The notes: generated from the letters alone by a model not told the origin. Shown: positions 53,070 to 64,000, counted from the stretch's first letter. The stretch is DNA of 64,000 nt from Candidatus Tenderia sp. (GCA_031416075.1 JANOSY010000091.1:46237-110236), one strand, 5' to 3'. Made by a program: numbers and translations.

Positions 53070-54539
53070 CTAGACCATCACAACATCAAACTGCTCCTGA
53101 GTGTAAAGTGACTCCACCTGAAATTTAACCGGTTTGCCAATAAACTCCTCCAGCTCGGCAACACTGGTGGACTCCTCATCCAGCAACATATCGACCACCG
53201 CTTGTGAAGCCAGCACCAGATACTGCTTGGCATCGTACTGACGGGCATCGCGCAGAATCTCACGGAAGATTTCGTAACAGACCGTCTCCGCCGTTTTGAG
53301 CATGCCACGCCCACTGCACGTCGGGCACGCCTCACACAGAACCCGCTCCAGGCTTTCACGAGTACGCTTACGTGTTATCTCTACCAACCCCAGCGCCGAG
53401 ACCTCACTGATATGGCTCTTGGCACGATCACGCTCCAGGTTTTTTGCCAGCGAACGCAATACCTGACGTTTGTGCTCCTCCTCCAACATATCAATAAAGT
53501 CGATGATGATCATGCCGCCCAGATTACGCAACCGCAACTGTCGGGCAATGGTCTGGGTTGCCTCAAGGTTTGTTTTGAAGATTGTCTCCTCAAGATTGCG
53601 GTGCCCCACAAAGGCACCCGTATTCACATCAACGGTCGTCAACGCCTCCGTCTGATCAATAATCAGATAACCACCGGATTTGAGCAGCACCTTACGCTCC
53701 AGCGCCTTTTGAATCTCATCTTCCACCGCGTACAGATCAAAAATCGGACGCTCGCCGGGATAATGCTCAACCTTACCCGCCACCTCCGGCATAAAACGCT
53801 CCGCAAAATCGACCACACGACGTGTTGTACTGCGTGAATCAATACGGATCTTCTCAACCTCGCCATCCACCACATCGCGTAACGTGCGCAATACCAGCGG
53901 CAGATCCTCATGAACAATCTCCCCCGCCTTGGCAGTCGCCGCCCGTTCACGCACCGAATCCCAAAGTTTACGCAAAAAATCAGTATCAGCACGAATCGAC
54001 TCAATGCTCGCCCCCTCCGCCACCGTGCGTGCAATATAACCGCCGGCACTGCCATCGATCACTGTGGCCAAAATATCCTTCAACCGCTGACGCTCAGTCT
54101 CTTCATCAATCTTGAGCGAAACCCCGACGTGAAAAACATTTGGCGTAAACACCAAAAACCGTGACGGAATAGTAATGTGAGTAGTCAACCGCGCACCCTT
54201 GGTACCCAGCGGATCTTTAATCACCTGCACCAACACCTCCTGCCCCTCACGCAGCAGTTGGGTGATATTGTCATTTTTACTTGATTCAGAACCCGACTCG
54301 TCACCATCCGGCAGCTGCGCCACATCAGAGGCGTGCAAAAATGCCGCGCGCTCCAGTCCAATATCAATAAACGCCGCCTGCATTCCCGGCAGAACTCGCG
54401 ACACTTTTCCCTTATAAATATTTCCCACCAGGCCACGACGACGCTCACGCTCGACAATCACCTCTTGCAACACACCATTTTCCACCACCGCCACACGTGT
54501 CTCTTGCGGCGTTACATTCATTAATATCTCAATCGACAT
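53070..54539 (-). CDS. rng: Ribonuclease G
   Basis: GNIYKGKV.RVLPGMQAAF, TEALTTVDVNTG, IIIDFIDM. Confidence 0.97.
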   Translation of the reverse strand: MSIEILMNVTPQETRVAVVENGVLQEVIVERERRRGLVGNIYKGKVSRVLPGMQAAFIDIGLERAAFLHASDVAQLPDGDESGSESSKNDNITQLLREGQEVLVQVIKDPLGTKGARLTTHITIPSRFLVFTPNVFHVGVSLKIDEETERQRLKDILATVIDGSAGGYIARTVAEGASIESIRADTDFLRKLWDSVRERAATAKAGEIVHEDLPLVLRTLRDVVDGEVEKIRIDSRSTTRRVVDFAERFMPEVAGKVEHYPGERPIFDLYAVEDEIQKALERKVLLKSGGYLIIDQTEALTTVDVNTGAFVGHRNLEETIFKTNLEATQTIARQLRLRNLGGMIIIDFIDMLEEEHKRQVLRSLAKNLERDRAKSHISEVSALGLVEITRKRTRESLERVLCEACPTCSGRGMLKTAETVCYEIFREILRDARQYDAKQYLVLASQAVVDMLLDEESTSVAELEEFIGKPVKFQVESLYTQEQFDVVMV

Positions 54540-54547
54540 ATGACTTA

Positions 54548-55153
54548 TCATCCGGGCCAACAGGCCTCACAAACATTTATTCCAACTTCACGCAGCAGCT
54601 GCCCCGTTTCAAACAGCGGCAGACCCATCACCCCGGAAAAACTCCCTTCAATATTTTTTATGAAGGTGGCTGCATAACCCTGAATCCCGTAACCGCCCGC
54701 CTTATCAACCGACTCACCCGTACGCCAATAGGCCAGCATATCAGCCTCACTCATGGCGCAAAACTCCACATGACTGATACTCAAACAGCTCGTCTCATAC
54801 CCTGGTGCCAACAGGGCAACCGCCGTCATCACCTTATGACGCCTACCACTCAAAGAGCGCAACATCGCCAGACCATCAGCCTGATCACACGGTTTGCCCA
54901 TCATCTTTTCATCTAATACCACCACTGTATCAGCCGCCAAAACCGGCAACACCGGGGCGCTCAAATCGGCCCGCGCCAACACCGCCCGCCCTTTTTCCAG
55001 GGCCATACGCAATACATAATGCTCCGGCAACTCGTTCAACCGGGAACTTTCATCGATATTGGCGCTTCGAATCACATGTGCCACAGCGATCTGATGCAGC
55101 AATTCACTCCGGCGTGGCGATGCGGATCCCAAACATATCAGCGATTTTTTCAT
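54548..55153 (-). CDS. maf: Maf-family nucleoside triphosphate pyrophosphatase (YhdE)
   Basis: LGSASPRR, ADTVV, DKAGGYGIQG, VMGLP. Confidence 0.95.
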   Translation of the reverse strand: MKKSLICLGSASPRRSELLHQIAVAHVIRSANIDESSRLNELPEHYVLRMALEKGRAVLARADLSAPVLPVLAADTVVVLDEKMMGKPCDQADGLAMLRSLSGRRHKVMTAVALLAPGYETSCLSISHVEFCAMSEADMLAYWRTGESVDKAGGYGIQGYAATFIKNIEGSFSGVMGLPLFETGQLLREVGINVCEACWPG

Positions 55154-55217
55154 AGCTGGCAAGATACTAGGGTAATCCACAAAGGGCAATCCGCGACACC
55201 ACAATGGTCATACAAAT

Positions 55218-55242
55218 AAAAAAGCCCGCATATTGCGGGCTT
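55218..55242 (-). terminator. Intrinsic terminator after the histone-like gene
   Basis: A6-GCCCGCA-tat-TGCGGGC. Confidence 0.8.
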
Positions 55243-55264
55243 CTTAACAACATAAAAACTAAAA

Positions 55265-55810
55265 TCAGGCTTCAGCTTTTACGAGGGGCTTTTTACGACG
55301 AACAACACGCTTTGTTTTAGTTTTGTTGTCATAAGCCTTTTCCCACTTTGCAGTATAGGCAGCAACAGCCTTCTGCTTCAGCGTTTCTCTCTTTTTCGCT
55401 GAGTTTACATCTGCGACGGCAGCCTTAATCTCAGCCTTAGCAGCAGCCAAACCAGCCTTGGCAACTTTAAGAGAGGCAGCCGCCGCCGCTTTTGCAGCAC
55501 GCGCCTTCACAACGGCATTTTTAGCAGCCGCGCTCTTTTTGGTCTTGGCTGTCACAGCGGCCGCCTTCAAATGGGCATCCGCAGTTGCTTTCTGAGCCGC
55601 CGCTTTTGCTACAACAGCAGCAGCACGATCCTCATTTTTTGCAATCTTAGCTGCCGCCGCCAATGCCTTTGCATGACCTGCGTTAATTGCCGCTTCGCTC
55701 AGAAGCTTAGCAACAGGTACCGCTGGTTTGCGACCGCGACCCGATTTAACTTTGGTCTTGGCAACTGCTTTTTTCTTGATTGTCTTTTTTACCATCAAAT
55801 TACTCTCCAT
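55265..55810 (-). CDS. Lys/Ala-rich histone H1-like basic protein
   Basis: Extreme K/A composition; GGAG RBS; own terminator. Confidence 0.75.
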   Translation of the reverse strand: MESNLMVKKTIKKKAVAKTKVKSGRGRKPAVPVAKLLSEAAINAGHAKALAAAAKIAKNEDRAAAVVAKAAAQKATADAHLKAAAVTAKTKKSAAAKNAVVKARAAKAAAAASLKVAKAGLAAAKAEIKAAVADVNSAKKRETLKQKAVAAYTAKWEKAYDNKTKTKRVVRRKKPLVKAEA

Positions 55811-56214
55811 ATTGGTTACTCAATTTCGTCCAGTGTTGACTCATTCTCTAGATGGCGCTCTTGGGCAAAATAGCCTTAGCACTCATAACTTCCCCAACAT
55901 CATCGACCGCGCTTACTGAAATATTAGACTAGTACTAAAAAAGTTTAAACTAAAATCATCAATCAGGTGTTTATATTATCAAAATTACTTCAATTTTTAA
56001 TATTTTTTAAGAAAAAGGTACGCATGCAATTAGTAAAACATACTTATTTTGATGTGATTTTACATTTGCCACAAAAATTGAATACAAAAAAATAACGTTT
56101 AACACCACTTAAAGTGGCCTGCCAAACAGCATAAAAACAGAGCACATTCAAAAACTCTGGATTTAAATAGTGGGCAAAACTTCGTACAACGCTAAAAACA
56201 CAATCACAAAAAAA

Positions 56215-56685
56215 CTATTCGCGATGGTATGGGTGCCCTTGCGTCACACTCCAAGCACGATAAATCTGTTCCGCGAGAAATATCCGAACTAGCGGGTGTG
56301 GCAAGGTAAGGTTAGAGAGTGACCAGTGCTGCTCAGCACGCTGTTTACACTCCAGCGACAGACCATCCGGCCCACCCACCAGCAGTGCAATATCAGCGCC
56401 GTCCTGCATCCACTCTTCAAGTTGCGTGGCAAGCTGCAGTGTTGTCCACTGTTTACCACGCTCATCCAGGGCGACAATACGACAGTTTGGGGGGATAGCG
56501 GCCAGAACCTTGCGACTTTCATCTTCTATCGCCCGATTCAGGTCGCTGCTTTTACTGCGGTGGCCGGGGGCAATCTCAATCAAGTGTAAAGAGCAACCGT
56601 GCGGCAACCGCTTGGCATACTCTTCATACCCTTTTTTAACCCAATCAGGCATCTTCTGCCCAACGGCTATAAGATAGATGCGCAT
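56215..56685 (-). CDS. rlmH: 23S rRNA m3Psi1915 methyltransferase
   Basis: [19 protein letters not shown]...EQIYRA...HPYHR. Confidence 0.98.
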   Translation of the reverse strand: MRIYLIAVGQKMPDWVKKGYEEYAKRLPHGCSLHLIEIAPGHRSKSSDLNRAIEDESRKVLAAIPPNCRIVALDERGKQWTTLQLATQLEEWMQDGADIALLVGGPDGLSLECKQRAEQHWSLSNLTLPHPLVRIFLAEQIYRAWSVTQGHPYHRE

Positions 56686-57041
56686 TACCCGTTATGGCTG
56701 GCAACCAGCTCAACAGACTGGGTTTCCCACAATTTCTCCAACTGATAAAAATCACGGGTTGGCTGCTGCATCACATGGACAATCACATCGCCCATATCAA
56801 CCAATACCCATTCACCAGAATCACTGCCCTCTACACCTAGTGGCATGAAACCCGCCTTTTTGGATTCCACCACCACATTGTTAGCCAACGCGCTAACATG
56901 GCGATTCGATGTACCACTGGCAATGACCATATAATCTGCCACAGTGGTTTTGCCCCTGACATCAACCACCACCAAATCAATCGCCTTGAGATCATCAAGT
57001 GCAGCCACCACTAGGTTTTTCACATCTTCTATTGCTTTCAT
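56685..57041 (-). CDS. rsfS: Ribosome silencing factor
   Basis: [29 protein letters not shown]. Confidence 0.97.
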   Translation of the reverse strand: MKAIEDVKNLVVAALDDLKAIDLVVVDVRGKTTVADYMVIASGTSNRHVSALANNVVVESKKAGFMPLGVEGSDSGEWVLVDMGDVIVHVMQQPTRDFYQLEKLWETQSVELVASHNG

Positions 57042-57146
57042 TCGTCTCTCTCAGTAAATTTTTGGGGTCACCCGTACATCTATGCAAACCACAAAGCTTG
57101 GTGTAGCGCTGCTGTTCATCGGGCCATTATTGGCAGTGCCCGCTCA

Positions 57147-57770
57147 TCAATAGTAAAGGTTGTTAGCCTTAATATATTCCCGCACTGTCTCTGGCAGAAG
57201 AAAACGGATTTCTCTTTCCTGTGCCACCTGTTCCCGTATCGCGGTGGCAGTAATCTCCAACTGTGTTACCTGTTGAAACCAGATCCCTCCTGCTGCTGCT
57301 CGCATTAAGTCTCTCTTATCATTAACCCGATATCTCGCTACCAGCTCTGCCACTGCACCGCTGGGCGTGATGCACCCTGGGCGCTGCATCACCACAATAT
57401 GGGCCAGCTCAATCAAACGTGACCACTCATGCCAAGTATCGAGCTTAATAAAAGCATCCATTCCCAATATCAAACAGAGAGGGGCAGACCCTAGCTCATC
57501 ACGCAACGATGTCAACGTATCGACCGTGTAGGAACGCCCACCTCGATCCAGCTCACGTTGATCAACAACAAAACGGGGGATATCTTGCAGCGCTAACTGC
57601 AACATGGCTAAACGCTGTTGGGGGGTCGCCCCCGGCACACCACGATGTGCGGGGATATGACAGGGGATTAACCGCACCTCACTCAGGGGTAATAATTCAC
57701 ACACTTCCAACAACGTCCGTAGGTGGCCGTAGTGAACAGGATCAAACGTACCCCCGAAGATTCCGATCAC
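57147..57770 (-). CDS. nadD: Nicotinate-nucleotide adenylyltransferase
   Basis: [25 protein letters not shown]. Confidence 0.97.
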   Translation of the reverse strand: MIGIFGGTFDPVHYGHLRTLLEVCELLPLSEVRLIPCHIPAHRGVPGATPQQRLAMLQLALQDIPRFVVDQRELDRGGRSYTVDTLTSLRDELGSAPLCLILGMDAFIKLDTWHEWSRLIELAHIVVMQRPGCITPSGAVAELVARYRVNDKRDLMRAAAGGIWFQQVTQLEITATAIREQVAQEREIRFLLPETVREYIKANNLYY

Positions 57771-59026
57771 TGACGGATATGACCATCGCCAAATACAACA
57801 TATTTCTGCGATGTCAGCCCTTCAAGACCGACCGGGCCACGGACGTGAAATTTATCGGTGCTGATACCGATCTCCGCACCAAGACCATACTCAAAACCAT
57901 CGGCAAAACGGGTCGACGCATTCACCACCACTGACGATGAGTCCACCTCACGTAAAAAGCGCCGCGCCTTGCTGTAATTTTCAGTCACAATCGCCTCGGT
58001 GTGGTGGGAGCCATATTGAGCAATGTGGTCCATCGCCTCATCTATATCCTTCACAACCCGAATCGATAGTACCGGTGCCAGATACTCCGTTGCCCAATCC
58101 TCATCTACCGCTGGCAAAAGACCGTCGACCAGTCGCTGAGTTGTGGCACAACCACGCAACTCCACACCCTTTTCCCGATACATGCCGCAGAGTTCAGGCA
58201 AAACCTGCTCGGCAACACCTTCAGCCACCAGCAGTGTCTCCATCGCATTACACACCCCATACCGATGGGTCTTGGCGTTAAAGGCGATCTGCAACGCCTT
58301 CTCGATATCAGCCTCATCATCTATATATACGTGACAGATGCCATCCAGGTGTTTGATCACCGGCACTTTTGCTTCGGCACTAATCCGTTCAATCAACCGT
58401 TTGCCGCCACGTGGAATGATGACATCCACATACTCTGGCATCGTGATCATCATGCCCACTGCATCACGATCCGTTGTATCCACCACCTGCACTGCTGCTG
58501 ACGGCAAACCCACTTTTTCCAATCCAGCACGAATACAGTTGGCAATGGCACGATTAGAGTGAATCGCCTCTGAACCACCGCGCAAAATGGCGGCATTGCC
58601 CGACTTCAGACACAACGCTGCCGCATCTGCGGTCACATTAGGGCGCGACTCATAAATAATTCCTACCACGCCTAACGGCACCCGCATCTTGCCCACCTGA
58701 ATGCCAGAAGGGCGATAACTCATATCACTGATACTGCCAACAGGATCGGGCAAAGCAACAATCTGGCGAATCCCTGTCGCCATTGCTGCGATACCTGTTG
58801 CAGTCAACTCCAAACGATCAAGCAGTGCTGCATCCAGACCACTCTTACGTCCCGCGGCCATATCCAACCCATTTGCCACCAACAACGCCGCTTCATCCGC
58901 CTCAATAGCAGACGCAATTGCCTCCAGCGCACTGTTTTTATGTTTGGTTTCAACACGACTCAATGACCGTGCAGCGGCACGGGCCTGTTGACCGACACGG
59001 ATCATATACTCCTTAACATCACTCAT
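57767..59026 (-). CDS. proA: Gamma-glutamyl phosphate reductase
   Basis: [32 protein letters not shown]. Confidence 0.98.
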   Translation of the reverse strand: MSDVKEYMIRVGQQARAAARSLSRVETKHKNSALEAIASAIEADEAALLVANGLDMAAGRKSGLDAALLDRLELTATGIAAMATGIRQIVALPDPVGSISDMSYRPSGIQVGKMRVPLGVVGIIYESRPNVTADAAALCLKSGNAAILRGGSEAIHSNRAIANCIRAGLEKVGLPSAAVQVVDTTDRDAVGMMITMPEYVDVIIPRGGKRLIERISAEAKVPVIKHLDGICHVYIDDEADIEKALQIAFNAKTHRYGVCNAMETLLVAEGVAEQVLPELCGMYREKGVELRGCATTQRLVDGLLPAVDEDWATEYLAPVLSIRVVKDIDEAMDHIAQYGSHHTEAIVTENYSKARRFLREVDSSSVVVNASTRFADGFEYGLGAEIGISTDKFHVRGPVGLEGLTSQKYVVFGDGHIRQ

Positions 59027-59162
59027 TAGTTTAAAATTCCGAATTGAGTTATGGGGGCCGCAGGGGGGCGATGAGTTGTATTTTAGCAAATTACGGCCAA
59101 ACAATGTTTTGGCCGCGCTAAAAACAGACCACTCTCATTTTATCTGACCATAAGTCATCGAT

Positions 59163-61211
59163 TTACTTGATTTTAACGTTAAAGCGAAAAGCAAATGTTG
59201 ACTGCCACCGAACGGCCAGTGCGGCATTTGCCTGCCCCACAACAGCACCAATAGTAATTTTATCCACGCCAGCAATACCACCGGTATCCTGAGCCGAGAT
59301 CACGTCACCATCCACCACATCACTCATTGCTGTGCCCGTGCCTGCTGCGCTTGCATTAAATATCACAAGATCCGTATCAGTATCGGTCGGGGGAGAGGCC
59401 GCACTTGTCCGCACCAAACTGTTGGCCACATACTCAAATGCCGTCTCATCCAGCAGATCACTCATACGGAGATCGGCAACCAAAGAGGGTGTCGGATTTT
59501 TAACATAGATAAGAAAAATAACCGTTGACCCCTTGCCGGCCAACACCGGTGAGACCAACGGCGTCGCCCCTCCAGCGATCCACGCCTGCTTCACAATCGG
59601 AAACGTCAGCCCTCCTCCACCATCGGTAGTTTTTAAGATCCCCCCCCCTGAACCCACAATGTAGCCGGTAGTGGCGCTCACAAACTGCACCCCCGTGAAT
59701 GATATCCCCGCCACGGGCGAGGCCTGCGGCGACCAGATCGTCCCACCATCGGTGGTATTAATGATTGCCCCACCCGCACCCACCGCCCAACCTCTATTTG
59801 CATCATTAAAGTTGACCGACGTCAGCTGCACCGATGTCCAGTTTGATCCTCCATACTGCTGCGGCACCCAACTGCTGCCACCATTGATTGTTTTTAAAAT
59901 CACCCCGCTCTGCCCCACTGCATATCCCACCGCGGAGGTGGGAAAGTGAACCGACAAAAGATTGCTCCCGCCCACCGTCTGCGGGGTCCACGAGCTGCCG
60001 CCATCCACTGTTTTCAATATCAGCCCGCCATCACCCACGGCATAGCCACTGTTTGCGTCAATAAAAAAGAGGCCATTCAGTGTCGCCGTTCCCGATCGCT
60101 GGGTTGTCCATACCCCGCCACCATCCGTGGTTTTAAGAATGGTCTCATTTACGCCAACACTCCAGCCAACTTGCGGGGTCACAAAATAGACGCCATTCAA
60201 ATTAACCGCCGCCGCTGTATCCGCGCCCCATGCTGCACCACCACTTGTGGTCCGCATCACAGAACCACCATTGCGGGCGATGTAGGCCGTCTGATCCTGA
60301 ATATCCATATTACTGACAGAATAGGTAGAGCTCTCGATATCGGCATCGCGCTTCTGATAACCGTAAATATATCGGAATGATAAGTTACTGGAGGGGCGGC
60401 TAAGTGTCAGAATCTGCGCTGTTCTGGCCGCATCTGAATAGAGCGTCACCGTCACTGTGGTAGAGGTCACTACCGCTTTCCCGTACAGGGTCTGATCCGT
60501 ATAGGTTGTGGCAATCGCCGCCGAGGTATTTGTCCCCGCACTATTATTATAGAGCCAGACCGAACTCAGCTTACCCGCATTAGGTCCATTGTCCGTGCCA
60601 TCAGTCGCCAGCATGTAACCCGAGTTAACGCTGAAAAATCCACTAACGCCATTCGATACCGCCCATGGAACGTTATAGCTTTTTGTATTGGAGCCATGCA
60701 CAAACTCAAAGAGATGTGTGTACCCAACAGCATCATCAAAATAGCCCGCCCCATAATCACGGTAAACAATAGTATTAGTATTATTAGGATGTGTGCCGTT
60801 TGTAACCGTTGAATAACGGTTGATTGTCACAATATTGGCGGGGTCATTTTCGGTATATGCCAGAAACTTTTCATAACTACTGCCCGCTGGGGCAACAGAG
60901 ACGCTGTTCAGCGCCACCCCCCCTATCGATTGGCTGATCCAGTTTGTCCCGCCGTTAATCGTCTTAAGGATTGTGCCGCTCTCACCCACCGCATAACCAA
61001 CGTTAGCATTCACAAAATGGAGAGACTTTAAATTATTCACGCTGCCGGAGGTCAGCTGGCTCCATCCGGCAACAGCCACGCCCGAAAAACCAACCCCTCC
61101 ACCAACAAGCAGAGCCATAGCCAAAAGGAGCCTCTGCACCAACGTGCCCGCAGCCCTCACACACCCCATAGACAAATCCCATAAAACATTCATTGCAATA
61201 AAATCGGACAC
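59163..61211 (-). CDS. Secreted YCF48/BNR-repeat seven-bladed beta-propeller protein with an inserted domain and a C-terminal Ig/pilin-like domain
   Basis: Seven L.SV.F...G.AVG..G.ILKT.DGG..W repeats; C-terminal IVKQAW...VIFLIYVKN...SD.LD...F.YV..SL. Confidence 0.8.
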   Translation of the reverse strand: MSDFIAMNVLWDLSMGCVRAAGTLVQRLLLAMALLVGGGVGFSGVAVAGWSQLTSGSVNNLKSLHFVNANVGYAVGESGTILKTINGGTNWISQSIGGVALNSVSVAPAGSSYEKFLAYTENDPANIVTINRYSTVTNGTHPNNTNTIVYRDYGAGYFDDAVGYTHLFEFVHGSNTKSYNVPWAVSNGVSGFFSVNSGYMLATDGTDNGPNAGKLSSVWLYNNSAGTNTSAAIATTYTDQTLYGKAVVTSTTVTVTLYSDAARTAQILTLSRPSSNLSFRYIYGYQKRDADIESSTYSVSNMDIQDQTAYIARNGGSVMRTTSGGAAWGADTAAAVNLNGVYFVTPQVGWSVGVNETILKTTDGGGVWTTQRSGTATLNGLFFIDANSGYAVGDGGLILKTVDGGSSWTPQTVGGSNLLSVHFPTSAVGYAVGQSGVILKTINGGSSWVPQQYGGSNWTSVQLTSVNFNDANRGWAVGAGGAIINTTDGGTIWSPQASPVAGISFTGVQFVSATTGYIVGSGGGILKTTDGGGGLTFPIVKQAWIAGGATPLVSPVLAGKGSTVIFLIYVKNPTPSLVADLRMSDLLDETAFEYVANSLVRTSAASPPTDTDTDLVIFNASAAGTGTAMSDVVDGDVISAQDTGGIAGVDKITIGAVVGQANAALAVRWQSTFAFRFNVKIK

Positions 61212-61400
61212 AATGCATCAAGACATTAATCACAGTCGAGCACAGAACAGGACTATTCTTAACAAAAAAGGGGCAAGAGATGGGGACTCAAAAATGGCGT
61301 GGTCGGTAAAAGAGTGGCACAAGGCCACTGGCAGCATGGCCCATCATCAGCAGATAACAAAAATTTTACGATAACTATTATACAGTTAGAACAATCAGCA

Positions 61401-62039
61401 TCATGCCCCGGCCAGCACCGGAAACAGCCCCTTCAGACCACTGGCTATAAACTCAATCGCAATCGCCGTCAGTATCAGCCCCATAATACGGGTAAAAATA
61501 TTGATCCCGGTGGCACCAATACGCCCCTCTATCCAGGGGGACAACCGCAATACACCCCATACCACCAGACTCAACATCACAACGCACAGTGCCACAATCA
61601 GGTAATGCGCCACACCATTTGCCTTGTGTGCCGTCAAGATAACCGTACTAATCGCACCCGGACCTGCCAACAGCGGCATCGCCAGCGGCACGATGGCAAC
61701 AGACTCTTTTTCTATCGACTCGTTGGCCTCTGTATCGGTCTGTTTGATGGGGCTGGTTTTTGCGTGCAGCATGGCGATGGCCATCAACAATACCAATATG
61801 CCACCGCCGACACGGAATGAGTCGATGGTGATGCCAAAAAAAGACAATAGATGTTCACCAAAAAATAGCGCCACTAGCAGGATGACTGTTACACCAATGG
61901 CCACCATATTGATCGTCTTGCGGCGCTGTTGGCTGCTCTCATCAACGGTCATGCTGATAAACAGTGGTATCGCCCCAAATGGATTGACGATCGCCAGCAG
62001 GCCGATAAATATTTTGAAGTATTGGGCAGAATCAAGCAT
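61401..62039 (-). CDS. MarC-family (NAAT) membrane protein
   Basis: VNPFG.IP.F, IVPLAMPLLAGPGAI, TRIMGLIL. Confidence 0.93.
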   Translation of the reverse strand: MLDSAQYFKIFIGLLAIVNPFGAIPLFISMTVDESSQQRRKTINMVAIGVTVILLVALFFGEHLLSFFGITIDSFRVGGGILVLLMAIAMLHAKTSPIKQTDTEANESIEKESVAIVPLAMPLLAGPGAISTVILTAHKANGVAHYLIVALCVVMLSLVVWGVLRLSPWIEGRIGATGINIFTRIMGLILTAIAIEFIASGLKGLFPVLAGA

Positions 62040-62181
62040 CTGGTTTTTTCTTTTGAGTGGGCCGTGGCGAATTGCCAGCTTTTTTCGCCCCTATACTCCA
62101 GCATGGGGACTCATACAATGAGGAGAAGCTTAGCAGAGTGAAGCATGATCCCCTAAAATGAATCAAAGGAATCATGATGCG

Positions 62182-62688
62182 CTACCTCACCTTCACCGTG
62201 TTATTGGTATCGCGGCTCTGACGAATCAGGTCATCACTGGCTATTTTTAAACCTGATTTCGCCAGCCGATCATAAAGCACCACATTTACAGTTGCGGCGA
62301 GATTCATGCACCCCACCGTCGGCACATAAACCACAGCATCGGCGCGGTCGATAATCGCCTGGTTGATGGTGCCGTCTTCCGGACCAAACACGTACAGGGC
62401 ATTTTCCGGATGCTGATATTCGGGCAGTGGTATTGCCCCCTCTGCCAGTTCTACACAGACCACCTTGGTATTGGCGGAGATATTGGCAAACAGATCATCT
62501 ACGCCCGTGAGCGGTATTGTCTGGCGCCGGTCCTTGGTATCGGTCTGCATTTTTGCGGCGCGGTCGTAACGGGCGCCGCTGTAGATGACGGCATCGACGC
62601 GGTAACAGCCGGCGGCGCGCATCACTGCACCGACGTTGGTGACGGTTTTGGGGTTGATTAGGGCGATAGTGACTTTGGCTGTTTTCAT
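62182..62688 (-). CDS. SpoU/TrmH-family RNA methyltransferase
   Basis: NPK...NVG.VMRA, FGPEDG, CMNLAATVN. Confidence 0.92.
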   Translation of the reverse strand: MKTAKVTIALINPKTVTNVGAVMRAAGCYRVDAVIYSGARYDRAAKMQTDTKDRRQTIPLTGVDDLFANISANTKVVCVELAEGAIPLPEYQHPENALYVFGPEDGTINQAIIDRADAVVYVPTVGCMNLAATVNVVLYDRLAKSGLKIASDDLIRQSRDTNNTVKVR

Positions 62689-62836
62689 GTTTCTGTTCTG
62701 CTGTATTCAATTTCGACGTTTGTACTTATCAAAACGGTGCCCCTGCCCGACTCATCCATTGGGATCTTGGTGCGATAGTGGCAGGGTTTCTCCTGTTCGT
62801 CATTGCAACGACGCCTTTCATTGCCACTGCAACAAC

Positions 62837-62862
62837 AAAAAAGGGGGCCATCTCTGGCCCCC
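62837..62862 (-). terminator. Intrinsic terminator after terC/alx
   Basis: A6-GGGGGCCA-tctc-TGGCCCCC. Confidence 0.8.
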
Positions 62863-62882
62863 TCGTATCACGCCTACCGGGA

Positions 62883-63848
62883 TTACTTTCCGGCAGCGCG
62901 CAGTTTACGTTCACGCAGCAGGCTTAATACCACGGACAAACCGATGATGGCCGCCACCACTGCCAGGGCGAAGCCGACGGGGATCTTGTAGATATCCATC
63001 AGCAGCATCTTCACGCCGATAAAGATCAGCACCACCGCTAGGCCATACTTGAGCAGCGAGAAGCGGTCCGCCACATCGGCCAGCAGGAAGTACATGGCCC
63101 GCAGGCCGAGGATGGCAAAGATGTTGGAGGTGAGCACGATAAACGGATCGGTGGTGATGGCGAAGACCGCCGGGATGCTGTCCACGGCGAAGATCAGGTC
63201 GGTGATCTCCACCAGAATCAACACCAGGAAGAGCGGTGTGGCGTAGCGCAGGCCGTTCTGAATCGTGAAGAAACGTTCATCCACCAGCTCTTTGGTGATA
63301 CGCAGATGGCCACGCATCCACTTCAGTACCGGGTTTGCCTCCAGGTCGGGTTTGGCATCGGCGAACCAGAGCATCTTGGCGCCGGTGATGAGCAGGAAAA
63401 GGCCAAAGATATAGAGAATCCAGTGAAACTGGGCTATGAGCCAGGCACCGATCAAGATCATCACTGTACGCATAATGATCGCCCCCAGCACGCCGTAGAG
63501 CAATACGCGGCGCTGGTACTCGGGCGGAATCGCGAAGTAGCTGAAGAGCATCAGCCAGACAAAGACGTTATCCACCGCCAGCGATTTTTCCACCACATAA
63601 CCGGCGAGGAATTCGAGCGCCTTCTCGTTGGCCAGGTCGCGCCCCAGGGTGCCGTCGAGATACCACCACAACGCGCCGCAGAAGAGCAGCGAGATGGAGA
63701 CCCAGATGACCGACCAACCCGCCGCCTCCTTCACCGAGACTTTGTGCGCCGTGCGGCCACCGAGCATAAACAGATCCACCAGGATCATCACCACCACCAG
63801 GACGAAGAACCCCGTCCACATCCACCACGTACCGATACTCTCAACCAT
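62883..63848 (-). CDS. alx: TerC/Alx-family metal homeostasis membrane protein
   Basis: [39 protein letters not shown]. Confidence 0.9.
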   Translation of the reverse strand: MVESIGTWWMWTGFFVLVVVMILVDLFMLGGRTAHKVSVKEAAGWSVIWVSISLLFCGALWWYLDGTLGRDLANEKALEFLAGYVVEKSLAVDNVFVWLMLFSYFAIPPEYQRRVLLYGVLGAIIMRTVMILIGAWLIAQFHWILYIFGLFLLITGAKMLWFADAKPDLEANPVLKWMRGHLRITKELVDERFFTIQNGLRYATPLFLVLILVEITDLIFAVDSIPAVFAITTDPFIVLTSNIFAILGLRAMYFLLADVADRFSLLKYGLAVVLIFIGVKMLLMDIYKIPVGFALAVVAAIIGLSVVLSLLRERKLRAAGK

Positions 63849-63861
63849 GATCGACTCCTAG

Positions 63862-64000
63862 AATTAAGTTACCCCCGGCAAAGCCGGGGGTTTATCTTTA
63901 TTAGCCCCTCAAAGGGGCAAAAACATGAAGCGCCTGAAGGCGCTGACTCACATACCTAACTTGAGCTGATCGTAATGAGCATCTTCTTTGTCTTGATTTC
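63862..64000 (-). mobile_element. Right end of an IS200/IS605-family element (runs off the window)
   Basis: Hairpins ACCCCCGGC-aaa-GCCGGGGGT, GCCCCT-caa-AGGGGC and AGCGCC..GGCGCT downstream of a tnpA-like 3' end. Confidence 0.8.
63948..64000 (-). CDS. tnpA: IS200-family Y1 transposase TnpA, C-terminal fragment (partial)
   Basis: ...NQDKEDAHYDQLKLGM*, resembling the typical YI.NQE.ED...DQL.L tail. Confidence 0.72.
   Translation of the reverse strand, partial: NQDKEDAHYDQLKLGM

Overview
Chromosomal window of a gammaproteobacterium (gene order resembles Chromatiales/Thiotrichales-type organisms; the taxon is inferred), mostly encoded on the minus strand. The housekeeping backbone is proA-nadD-rsfS-rlmH-maf-rng-yhdP-nitrilase-tldD-yjgA-pmbA, mlaFED-(TolC)-mlaCB-bolA-murA-hisGDCBHAFIE-tatABC, degS, nif3 and rpe-gph-trpE...trpG-trpD-trpC. 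Several accessory modules interrupt it. (1) An ~8.5 kb non-canonical chaperone-usher-like pilus locus splits trpE from trpG. It encodes a sigma54-preceded FlgT-like lipoprotein, a chaperone, a DUF4402-type pilin, a two-domain DUF4402-type adhesin, a glycine-zipper protein and a 1040-aa usher-like protein with a C-terminal SPOR domain. A perfect (TATTTAT)12 repeat sits 43 bp upstream of the pilin. (2) A seven-gene alternative complex III cluster with split actB1/actB2. (3) A TolC gene embedded in the mla operon. (4) An orphan GHSLG lipase toxin and ankyrin lipoprotein pair, plus a relic of a second immunity gene. (5) A K/A-rich histone H1-like gene. (6) A secreted beta-propeller protein with an inserted domain. 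(7) A 130-bp MITE and an IS200/IS605 element abutting a terC/alx gene. No tRNA, rRNA or CRISPR array was seen. All family assignments come from motif recognition, not database searches.
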